20,593 bases of DNA, taken from NCBI GenBank assembly GCA_051652765.1, contig JBOFUV010000149.1, forward strand, positions 1 to 20,593, in the 5' to 3' direction. This document shows, one piece after another, positions 7,538 to 15,400 of this stretch. Numbering within the stretch: the first letter of the stretch is position 1; each line of letters begins with the position of its first letter. Made by a program: the position numbers and the translations under genes. Below the pieces are notes generated by a model that had not been told where the DNA came from, ran no database searches, and worked only from the letters and a program-made list of their open reading frames with translations. This DNA is from Microcoleaceae cyanobacterium. GTDB lineage: Bacteria; Cyanobacteriota; Cyanobacteriia; Cyanobacteriales; Microcoleaceae.

Positions 7538-9016
7538 ATGTCTGAACCAAATGGCGTGATGATGCAGTACTTCCACTGGTACACAGCAGATGATGGCAAC
7601 TTGTGGAACGAACTTGCAGAAAATGCTGAATCATTGGCAAAGGTTGGCGTGACCTCCGTTTGGCTGCCGCCCGCCTACAAAGGCACGGGCGGTGGCTATG
7701 ATGTGGGCTACGGGGTTTACGACTTATTTGATCTGGGTGAGTTTGACCAAAAGGGATCGATTCGGACGAAATATGGCACAAAAGATGAGTATCTGCACGC
7801 TGTAAAAACGGCACAAGCAGCAGGGATTCGGGTTTATGCCGACGTGGTCTTCAATCATAAAATGGGGGCTGATGCTGAAGAAGAGGTGGAAGCAACACCC
7901 TTTAATCAGGACGATCGGAATGCAACTGTTGGCGACTATCAAACGATCAAAGCTTGGACTCATTTCACTTTTCCGGGGCGCAACGGGAAGTATTCCAAGA
8001 TGGAATGGCATTGGTGGCACTTTGATGCAATTGATCATAATGCCTACAACGAAGGCGAAAACGCTATTTACCTGCTCAAGGGCAAGTCCTTCGACGATAA
8101 TGTTGATCTGGAAAAAGGCAACTTTGATTATTTGATGGGCTGCGACCTGGATATGGAGAACCCGGAAGTGACGGGTGAATTGAAGTACTGGGGAGAATGG
8201 TTTGTTGATACCACAGGCGTGGATGGCTTTCGATTTGATGCGGTCAAACATGTGTCAGCGGAATTTTTCCAGCACTGGCTAGAACACGTTCGTCACCATG
8301 CCCAACGGGATCTGTTTGCTGTAGGTGAGTATTGGTCTTACGAAGTCGAAGCGTTACACAGCTTTATTGAGTCAACTGGCGGTAAAGTGTCTTTATTCGA
8401 TGCTCCTCTGCATTACAACTTTCATGTTGCTAGCACTTCGGGCAATGGATATGACATGCGTCAGATCTTCGACAATACTCTGGTTCAGGATCAGCCCTCT
8501 CTCGCCGTCACCCTGGTCGATAATCATGATTCACAACCGTTACAATCGCTAGAATCCATCGTTGAACCCTGGTTCAAGCCCCTCGCCTACGCTCTAATCT
8601 TGCTGCGCCGTGATGGCTATCCCTGTATCTTCCACGGTGACTATTATGGCGCGCATTACAAAGATCAGGGACGGGATGGCAACGAATATGAAATTTGGCT
8701 AGATCAACACCAATTCTTGCTGGATAAATTCCTCTTGGCCCGCCAAACCTATGCCTATGGCGATCAGTATGATTATTTTGACCACGCCAATACCATTGGT
8801 TGGACTCGCCTGGGAGATGATGAGCATCCCGGCGGGATGGCCGTTATTCTCAGCAATGGGGGGGATGGCAGTAAATCCATGGAAGTCGGTCACCCCAACT
8901 CTACCTACATTGATATCACCGAACATATTAGCGAACCCGTAGTCACTAACGCTGACGGTTGGGGTGAATTTCAGTGTAAGGGGGGTTCTGTCTCTGTTTG
9001 GGTGCAACAAACCTAG
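7538..9016 (+). CDS. amyA: Cytoplasmic alpha-amylase, GH13 (AmyA/GH13_5-like)
   Basis: MMQYFHWY, VWLPPAYKG, DVGYGVYDLFDLGEFDQKG, DVVFNH; catalytic FRFDAVKH, VGEYW, VDNHDSQ; no signal peptide. Confidence 0.93.
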   Translation: MSEPNGVMMQYFHWYTADDGNLWNELAENAESLAKVGVTSVWLPPAYKGTGGGYDVGYGVYDLFDLGEFDQKGSIRTKYGTKDEYLHAVKTAQAAGIRVYADVVFNHKMGADAEEEVEATPFNQDDRNATVGDYQTIKAWTHFTFPGRNGKYSKMEWHWWHFDAIDHNAYNEGENAIYLLKGKSFDDNVDLEKGNFDYLMGCDLDMENPEVTGELKYWGEWFVDTTGVDGFRFDAVKHVSAEFFQHWLEHVRHHAQRDLFAVGEYWSYEVEALHSFIESTGGKVSLFDAPLHYNFHVASTSGNGYDMRQIFDNTLVQDQPSLAVTLVDNHDSQPLQSLESIVEPWFKPLAYALILLRRDGYPCIFHGDYYGAHYKDQGRDGNEYEIWLDQHQFLLDKFLLARQTYAYGDQYDYFDHANTIGWTRLGDDEHPGGMAVILSNGGDGSKSMEVGHPNSTYIDITEHISEPVVTNADGWGEFQCKGGSVSVWVQQT

Positions 9017-9141
9017 AGATTGACTGATTTCCGAAGGTGACGTTTTCGTCTCTTCAATTGGGCTTGCGCCCTTAGCTGAACCGTGTTGGATCAAAAACTG
9101 TACTTAAGATTTATTTTTGCAACTCTAGGAGCCGTAAAACA

Positions 9142-11247
9142 ATGACCGAGCAATCTCAGCCCAAAAAAACGGCAAAAACCGAATCCTTGGAGCAGTTTCA
9201 AGTTGATGCGGGGGAACAGCTCACGACTAATCAAGGAGTTGTAGTAGACAATACAGACAATTCGTTGAAAGTCGGGGGTAGAGGGGCTTCTCTGCGGGAA
9301 GACTTTCATTTTCAAGAGAAGCTGGCCCACTTTGATCGCGAACGCATCCCTGAACGAGTCGTTCACGCTCGGGGTGCAGGGGCCCATGGCTACTTCCAGA
9401 TCTATGAATCTCTAGCGGAGTACACCAAAGCTCAGTTTTTACAAGATCCATTAGTTCAAACCCCTGTCTTTGCTCGCTTCTCCACGGTGGGCGGTTCCCG
9501 TGGCTCAGCCGATTCGGTGCGGGATGTGCGGGGCTTCTCGGTGAAGTTTTACACGCAAGAAGGCAACTATGATTTTGTCGGCAACAATCTTCCCGTCTTT
9601 TTTATTCAGGATGCTATCAAGTTTCCAGATATTGTGCATTCCATCAAACCGGAGCCGCACAACGAAATTCCACAAGCGTCAACGGCGCATCCTAGTTTTT
9701 GGGATTTCATTTCGCTTGTGCCCGAATCCACCCATATGATTATGTGGCTCCTGAGCGATCGCACCTTGCCTCGTAGTTTTAGCCGAATGCAGGGGTTTGG
9801 CGTGCATACCTACCGCTTTGTCAATGCTGAGGGTAAATCCTGCTTTGTGAAGTTCCACTGGAAACCAATGTTAGGGGTGCATTCGTTAGCTTTTGATGAA
9901 GCTCAGAAGTTGGCGGGTAAAGATCCTGATTTTCATCGCCGGGATCTGTGGGAGTCAATCGAACAAGGCAATTATCCAGAATTTGAACTGGGGGTACAGA
10001 TTATCGCAGAAGAAGATGAAGATAAATTTGACTTTGATATTCTCGACGCTACCAAAATTATTCCTGAAGAACTCGTACCCGTGCGTCCGATCGGCAAGAT
10101 GGTTCTGAACCGCAACCCTGATAACTTTTTTGCAGAAACAGAACAGGTTGCCTTCCAGCCCTCAAACGTGGTGCCTGGAATTGATTTTAGCGAAGATCCG
10201 TTACTCCAAGGTCGCCTATTCTCCTATCACGACACTCAACTCCATCGACTTGGTAGCCCAAACTTTGCCAATCTGCCAATTAACCGTCCAGTTTGTCCAT
10301 TTCACAACAACCAACAAGATGGACGGATGCAGATGGAGGTGAAGACCAGTCGAGTGAATTATTTCCCTAATTCACTGGGTGGCGAGCAACCTGCTCCCTC
10401 TGAAACTGAAGGTTATGTCCATTACCCAGAGCGGATTGAAGGGCAAAAAAGCCGAGAACGTAGCCCCAGCTTTGGCGAACATTTCAGTCAGGCAACTTTG
10501 TTCTGGAATAGCCTGTCAGCAGTTGAGAAAGAGCATTTGGTCGAAGCAGCCCATTTTGAAATCGGCAAGGCTGAAGACAAAGGAGTGCGCGAACGGATGG
10601 TCGATCGCCTGAACCATGTTGATCACGAACTGGCAAAACTGGTTGCAATGGGGATTGGAGTAGCGGCACCAACGCAGCCAGCAACGGAGAATCATGGGCA
10701 AAGCTCTCCCGCAGTCAGTCAAGATTCCCTGGCAATCAAAACAGCAAAAGGTCGCAAGGTGGCGATCTTGGCCGCAGACGGTGTAGATGCTGAACAAGTA
10801 ACCACCATAAAACAAGCGTTGATAGAAGCAGGGGCACAGGCGCAGCTCGTATCGAAATTTCTGGGCACCATCAAGAGCGCCGACGGTCAAGAATTGATCG
10901 TTGATAAAACCTTTCTGACCAGTGCCTCAGTAATGTTTGATGCGATTTATGTTCCCGGTGGTGATCGAAGCGTTGAAACCCTCAAAGCAAACGGGGATGC
11001 AGTTCACTTTATCGATGAGGCGTTTCGACACTGTAAAGCGATCGCGGCAACGGGTGCAGGAATTGAGTTACTCAAAGAGTCGAGTATTCAAGGCATCACG
11101 TTTTCAGAACGCGCGCTCCAAGAGGATCAAGGGGTGATTACTGCTAAAACACCATCCAACGTCGGTGAAGTTGCAAAGGTGTTTGTAGAGGCGATCGCCC
11201 AACACCGTTTTTGGTCTCGCGCCAGCAAACAAAAAGTTCCTGCTTAA
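9142..11247 (+). CDS. katE: Large-subunit monofunctional heme catalase (HPII/KatE type) with C-terminal GATase1/DJ-1-like domain
   Basis: [15 protein letters not shown] (distal His), [13 protein letters not shown] (proximal Tyr); C-terminal [11 protein letters not shown]...FDAIYVPGG...HCKAI; 701 aa; AGGAG SD. Confidence 0.95.
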   Translation: MTEQSQPKKTAKTESLEQFQVDAGEQLTTNQGVVVDNTDNSLKVGGRGASLREDFHFQEKLAHFDRERIPERVVHARGAGAHGYFQIYESLAEYTKAQFLQDPLVQTPVFARFSTVGGSRGSADSVRDVRGFSVKFYTQEGNYDFVGNNLPVFFIQDAIKFPDIVHSIKPEPHNEIPQASTAHPSFWDFISLVPESTHMIMWLLSDRTLPRSFSRMQGFGVHTYRFVNAEGKSCFVKFHWKPMLGVHSLAFDEAQKLAGKDPDFHRRDLWESIEQGNYPEFELGVQIIAEEDEDKFDFDILDATKIIPEELVPVRPIGKMVLNRNPDNFFAETEQVAFQPSNVVPGIDFSEDPLLQGRLFSYHDTQLHRLGSPNFANLPINRPVCPFHNNQQDGRMQMEVKTSRVNYFPNSLGGEQPAPSETEGYVHYPERIEGQKSRERSPSFGEHFSQATLFWNSLSAVEKEHLVEAAHFEIGKAEDKGVRERMVDRLNHVDHELAKLVAMGIGVAAPTQPATENHGQSSPAVSQDSLAIKTAKGRKVAILAADGVDAEQVTTIKQALIEAGAQAQLVSKFLGTIKSADGQELIVDKTFLTSASVMFDAIYVPGGDRSVETLKANGDAVHFIDEAFRHCKAIAATGAGIELLKESSIQGITFSERALQEDQGVITAKTPSNVGEVAKVFVEAIAQHRFWSRASKQKVPA

Positions 11248-11281
11248 GAAACCGTAGAGACGAGAACCCCAGACTAACAAC

Positions 11282-11322
11282 ACTCTCAAGAGCGATTTAA
11301 GGGTTGGCTCTTGAGAGTTTTT
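11282..11322 (+). terminator. Rho-independent terminator after katE
   Basis: Perfect 12-bp inverted repeat ACTCTCAAGAGC (11282-11293) / GCTCTTGAGAGT (11307-11318), 13-nt loop, then a T run. Confidence 0.75.
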
Positions 11323-11425
11323 CATTACTCCTAGGCCAGGAAAGAGTCATTGGCAGTATGCGGCTGATGTAGAATCAGTCAGATACTTGCAGCTAAAATT
11401 GAGGCTTGGGTACGAGAGGAAAGGT

Positions 11426-12106
11426 ATGGCACGGGGAGACCAAATTTACGTTTACCGAGAATTTCTCAATTTGGAAGGAGTCTACGAACACCATGGGATT
11501 GACTGTGGAGACGGAACCGTAGTCCATTACCGCAAGCCCAGCGAAACCATTGAGCGCACCTCAATTGAAACGTTTGCGCGGGGACTGTCCATTTATCTCA
11601 AAGAATATTCGTTTCGATATATTCCCGATACGGTGATTCGGCGGGCTGAAAGTCGTCTGGGAGAACGCAAGTACAATCTTTTGTTCAACAACTGTGAACA
11701 CTTTGCCACTTGGTGCATCACTGGGGTAAGCGATAGCCGTCAGATCCGGGATTTTGTTCCTATCCTAAATCAACTCAGCGTTGACAGTTTATTTGAACCG
11801 ATTCAAGCAGCCTTCGTTGGGACTCAGAGAGAAGATGCGCCTCAACTGCTGAATAAAGCGCTAGCCGAAATTCGCATGGCTTGGGATGACGTTCATCCCC
11901 AGTATAAACAAGCGCTCAAGGAAATGAACACCTGGGAAACAGTGGCCAAGGAAGCCATCAAGCGCGATCGCGAAGACCTAGCCCGGGAAGCCTTAAAGCG
12001 GAAGAATATCTACAAAAAACGTGCCCAAGACCTCGAAGTCAATCTAGACAAAATCGCTAAAATGACAGAAACCCTGTTGAAAAATCAAACCAGTTTGAGA
12101 TCTTGA
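11426..12106 (+). CDS. LRAT/NC-domain protein (permuted NlpC/P60) with C-terminal PspA/IM30-like helical segment
   Basis: YEHHGID, VVHY and YNLLFNNCEHFATWC give the LRAT His/His/Cys set; tail WETVAKEAIKRDREDLAREALKRK resembles PspA. ATG 11426 follows GAGGAAAGG. Confidence 0.88.
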   Translation: MARGDQIYVYREFLNLEGVYEHHGIDCGDGTVVHYRKPSETIERTSIETFARGLSIYLKEYSFRYIPDTVIRRAESRLGERKYNLLFNNCEHFATWCITGVSDSRQIRDFVPILNQLSVDSLFEPIQAAFVGTQREDAPQLLNKALAEIRMAWDDVHPQYKQALKEMNTWETVAKEAIKRDREDLAREALKRKNIYKKRAQDLEVNLDKIAKMTETLLKNQTSLRS

Positions 12107-12181
12107 AAAACCTTGAGACTTTTGTGCTTCCCATCCTGCGGGCAAAAGACTTAATCCACTTGATTACCTTGGGAGAACTTA

Positions 12182-13135
12182 ATGATGACATCAACCCAAA
12201 GTTTTGCGCCACCATCTGCCAATTTCTATACCTGGAAAGACTATGACTGTGCCTATGAGGTCTATCCAGGGACAGAGTCTGTAACGTCCGCCAAAATTCC
12301 TCTGCTATTGGTTCATCCCATTGGAGTGGGGTTGTCCCGTGGGTTTTGGCATCGTTTTTGTGCTCAGTGGCAGCAGCAAGGCTGTGGAAATCCGATTTAC
12401 AGTCCCGACCTGTTAGGGTGTGGGGAGAGTGCAATGCCTGCCGTGGCCTACTATCCTCAGGACTGGGCAGAACAATTGCAGTTTTTTCTCCAAACGGTAG
12501 TGAAACGGCCTGTGGTGCTGGTGGTGCAGGGAGCATTGTTACCTGTGGCGATCGCCCTCATCCAAAATTTCGCTCAAAACCAGCCATCAGAGTGGATTCA
12601 AGGACTGATCCTCTCCGGCCCGCCAGCATGGCGAGTCATGACAGAAGCCGCTGCTCCCCAGCAACAAAAAGTGTTATGGAACCTGTTTTTTGCCTCTCCC
12701 GTCGGGCGTTTATTCTGGCAGTATGCTCGCCGCCGAAAATTTGTGGCATCCTTCTCCATTCGTCAACTTTTTGCTCAGCCTGAAGCGGTTGATTCAGAGT
12801 GGCTAGAGATGTTGGAGCGGGGAGCAATTAACCCTCAAAGTCGCTATGCTGTGTTTTCATTCCTGGCAAGCTTTTGGCGACAGGACTACACAACAGCAAT
12901 GGCTAAAATTTCTCAACCGACGTTAGTGGCGATCGGCGATCGCGCCTCTAGCATCAGTCGCAGCGGATTTACAGAAACCCCTCAAGATCGCTACCAAGCT
13001 TATAAAAAAGGTTGGCAGAACGCCGATTGTGAAATTATTTCTGGTCGCAATGTTCTCCCCTATGAATCCACCTCAGAATTTGTCAATGCTGTAGTCAACT
13101 TTATGACGACAAAACGCATAGATACAAAAATATAA
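12182..13135 (+). CDS. Alpha/beta-hydrolase fold protein (canonical nucleophile motif absent)
   Basis: PLLLVHPIG, PDLLGCGES, W.EQL..FLQ.VVKRPVVLV, LILSGP, KISQPTLV..G fit the fold; VVQGAL sits where GxSxG is expected. Confidence 0.85.
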   Translation: MMTSTQSFAPPSANFYTWKDYDCAYEVYPGTESVTSAKIPLLLVHPIGVGLSRGFWHRFCAQWQQQGCGNPIYSPDLLGCGESAMPAVAYYPQDWAEQLQFFLQTVVKRPVVLVVQGALLPVAIALIQNFAQNQPSEWIQGLILSGPPAWRVMTEAAAPQQQKVLWNLFFASPVGRLFWQYARRRKFVASFSIRQLFAQPEAVDSEWLEMLERGAINPQSRYAVFSFLASFWRQDYTTAMAKISQPTLVAIGDRASSISRSGFTETPQDRYQAYKKGWQNADCEIISGRNVLPYESTSEFVNAVVNFMTTKRIDTKI

Positions 13136-13204
13136 GATTTAGGAATAGACAGTTTTACAAAAAAAAATTACACTAGATCGGCAATGTAGCGCTATTAAAA
13201 AATT

Positions 13205-13210
13205 AGGAGG
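13205..13210 (+). promoter_or_regulatory. Perfect Shine-Dalgarno AGGAGG
   Basis: AGGAGG 5 nt upstream of an in-frame ATT at 13216. Confidence 0.7.
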
Positions 13211-13215
13211 GTGTC

Positions 13216-13584
13216 ATTCCTGAGCAACTAAACCTGACAGTCAGCCTAAGAGGCACTCGTGATGTCAAAGACAACTACCAACTGTTTCGCTTGACCGGAT
13301 TGCTAGATGCATTTTCTGAAGGCCCTTTCCGTAAAGTTGTCAGTCGTTGTATTGACAGTGATCCCAAAAACATTGTGCTGGATTTGTCTCAAATTGACTT
13401 CGTAGACAGTTCCGGACTGGGGGCACTGGTACAACTGGTAAAAAAAGCCCAAACTGAGGGAGGAACTTTACAGATTGTGTCCAACCCTCGGGTGACCCAG
13501 ACTGTGAAGCTGGTTCGCTTGGAGAAGTTCTTGTCTTTGCAACCCTCTGTGGATGCAGCGATCGCGTCAATCACAAAGGCTTAG
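13216..13584 (+). CDS. STAS-domain anti-sigma factor antagonist; probable non-canonical ATT start
   Basis: IVLDLSQIDFVDSSGLGALV phosphorylation-site motif. The frame extends 25 codons upstream of the TTG at 13291 (IPEQLNLTVSLRGTRDVKDNYQLFR) and is closed by an in-frame TAG at 13204-13206. Confidence 0.88.
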   Translation: MPEQLNLTVSLRGTRDVKDNYQLFRLTGLLDAFSEGPFRKVVSRCIDSDPKNIVLDLSQIDFVDSSGLGALVQLVKKAQTEGGTLQIVSNPRVTQTVKLVRLEKFLSLQPSVDAAIASITKA

Positions 13585-13652
13585 TTCTAGGCTTTCGTTC
13601 CATTGAACCAAGCGCATCTGAGTTTGTCAGTCTACTGCGTTCATGTTAGACA

Positions 13653-13675
13653 GTAGGGGCGAAGCAACTCGCCCC
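13653..13675 (+). repeat. GTAG-headed GC-rich hairpin, REP-like or terminator
   Basis: GTAG followed by stem GGGGCGA (13656-13662), loop AGCAAC, TCGCCCC (13669-13675). Confidence 0.45.
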
Positions 13676-13746
13676 CAACAGAGCCATGAGCTGATCAGAC
13701 ACTCGTCAATGCTAGAGTTGCTAAGATCAAGAGGATAAAATAATCA

Positions 13747-13794
13747 AGGGTATAGAACTCAGAGTGTAGCACTCAGGGTATAGAACTCAGAGTG
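13747..13794. repeat. Short tandem repeat, 14-bp units in a 28-bp higher-order period
   Basis: AGGGTATAGAACTC AGAGTGTAGCACTC AGGGTATAGAACTC AGAGTG; 20-mer AGGGTATAGAACTCAGAGTG exact at 13747 and 13775. Confidence 0.85.
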
Positions 13795-13967
13795 CAAGGT
13801 TAAAGCCGCGTAATTCGTCCTCATCAGCCGTTAAGTCCAGTTAAGTATTAAGTCAGCTCACTGCATTAAGTCAGCTAGCTATTCCCTATTCAACGGTTTA
13901 CTCCCTAAACTCTCTATAGTAATGTCTATGATTCACTTTGTTATTCGGGCGATTACATTAGGCCAAG

Positions 13968-14402
13968 ATGCGTCTGATTAAGCTTACTCCTGAACAAGCA
14001 GAACAGTTGTCTCCATCAGCCTGGGCATATCTGGGGGATGCTGTTTATGAATTGTATATGCGGGATATTTATCTCTTGCCCCCCAAGCGATCGCGCCTTT
14101 ACTATCAGTTGGTTGTCAGTCAAGTTCGGGCCGAAACTCAAGCCAATCACCTGCAGTCTCTTGAGCCTCATTTGTCGGCGGCAGAGCAAGAAATCTTAAG
14201 GCGAGGTCGGAATGCGACTTCATCTAGAGGGCCAAAGCGCCTTGATCCCGGAGTTTACCAACAAGCAACAAGCCTAGAAGCGTTAGTGGGTTACCTCTAT
14301 CTCACCAACCCAACTCGACTCTCTGAACTCTTTACTTATCTAAATTTAGAGCCTGCGATTCAGCAGAACTTAGCACAAGATGGACAAAAATCCCCCGTCT
14401 AA
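13968..14402 (+). CDS. mrnC: Mini-ribonuclease III
   Basis: [40 protein letters not shown]; directly upstream of rlmB, as is typical. Confidence 0.92.
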   Translation: MRLIKLTPEQAEQLSPSAWAYLGDAVYELYMRDIYLLPPKRSRLYYQLVVSQVRAETQANHLQSLEPHLSAAEQEILRRGRNATSSRGPKRLDPGVYQQATSLEALVGYLYLTNPTRLSELFTYLNLEPAIQQNLAQDGQKSPV

Positions 14403-15345
14403 ATCCCAACGCTCAGCTCGCAAACCGGCATTGTCCCGTTCTAAAGCCTATAAGGGCCGAGCAGAAACCGGAACTCCCCCTCACCGTAAGGTGGTCAGAA
14501 CCCCATCCCAAAAGTCTCAACCCTCCTCCAGATCTAAAAACTCCAGTGTCCCGAGGGAAGATTTGGTGACTCTGCCAGAATTGCCAGAGGAAATTCAGAG
14601 CATTAACCCTGACTTGATTTACGGACGGCATCCTGTTGTGACAGCGTTGCGGGGCGAGCGATCGCTGAATCGGATTTGGTTGGTGCCTCAACTCCGGGCT
14701 GATCCCCGTTTACAAGCGCTGTTACTCAAGGCCAAGGCCCAAGGTACAGTCATTGATGATGTCACTACCCAACATTTAGATCGGGCGTTTTCAAATCTGA
14801 ATCATCAGGGTATTGTTGCTCAGGTCACTCCCTATGAATACTTTGATTTTGATGACCTTGTTCGGCAAGCTCAATCCTCTAGGTCGCATCCCGTCATCGT
14901 TGTAGCAGAGGGGGTTACCGATCCCTACAACTTGGGGGCGATTATTCGGACGGCGGAAGCCTTAGGAACTCAGGGATTGGTCTTGCCCCAACGACGAGCC
15001 GTTGGGATTACCTCCATCTCTCTGAAAGTTGCAGCGGGAGCCTTAGAAACCTTTCCAGTGGCTCGGGTCGTCAATCTCAATCGGGCCCTAGAAGCTCTCA
15101 AAATAGAAGGGTTCTGGATTTATGGCACAGATTCTACCGCAGGCCAGCCGATACATACCGTCAGCCTCACAGGGCCAATTGTTCTGGTGATGGGGAGTGA
15201 AGGTCAGGGTTTAAGCCATTCGACCCGGCGACATTGTGATGTGTTGCTCAAGATTCCCCTTGCCGGACAGATGCCTAGTTTGAATGTTTCCGTGGCGACC
15301 GGAATTGCTCTCTATGAAATCTATCGCCAACGATGGAGCCAGTAG
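14380..15345 (+). CDS. rlmB: 23S rRNA (guanosine-2251-2'-O)-methyltransferase, SPOUT family
   Basis: [43 protein letters not shown]...SLNVSVA; basic disordered N-terminal extension; overlaps mrnC by 23 nt. Confidence 0.92.
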   Translation: MDKNPPSKSQRSARKPALSRSKAYKGRAETGTPPHRKVVRTPSQKSQPSSRSKNSSVPREDLVTLPELPEEIQSINPDLIYGRHPVVTALRGERSLNRIWLVPQLRADPRLQALLLKAKAQGTVIDDVTTQHLDRAFSNLNHQGIVAQVTPYEYFDFDDLVRQAQSSRSHPVIVVAEGVTDPYNLGAIIRTAEALGTQGLVLPQRRAVGITSISLKVAAGALETFPVARVVNLNRALEALKIEGFWIYGTDSTAGQPIHTVSLTGPIVLVMGSEGQGLSHSTRRHCDVLLKIPLAGQMPSLNVSVATGIALYEIYRQRWSQ

Positions 15346-15400
15346 TCAGCAATTCCAGGTTGTTTTAACTTAAATCCTTAACATCATCTGAACAGCACGT

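Noticed and set aside
13154..13174. TTAC...TTAC pair around an A9 tract as an HLR1/RpaB site or phase-variable promoter
   Set aside because: Half-site spacing is 13, not 10, and there is no evidence of tract-length variation.
13741..13880. Possible mini-CRISPR array
   Set aside because: Repeats are 12-20 bp with only 6-8 nt between copies, there are no unique 30-40 bp spacers, and no cas genes are present.
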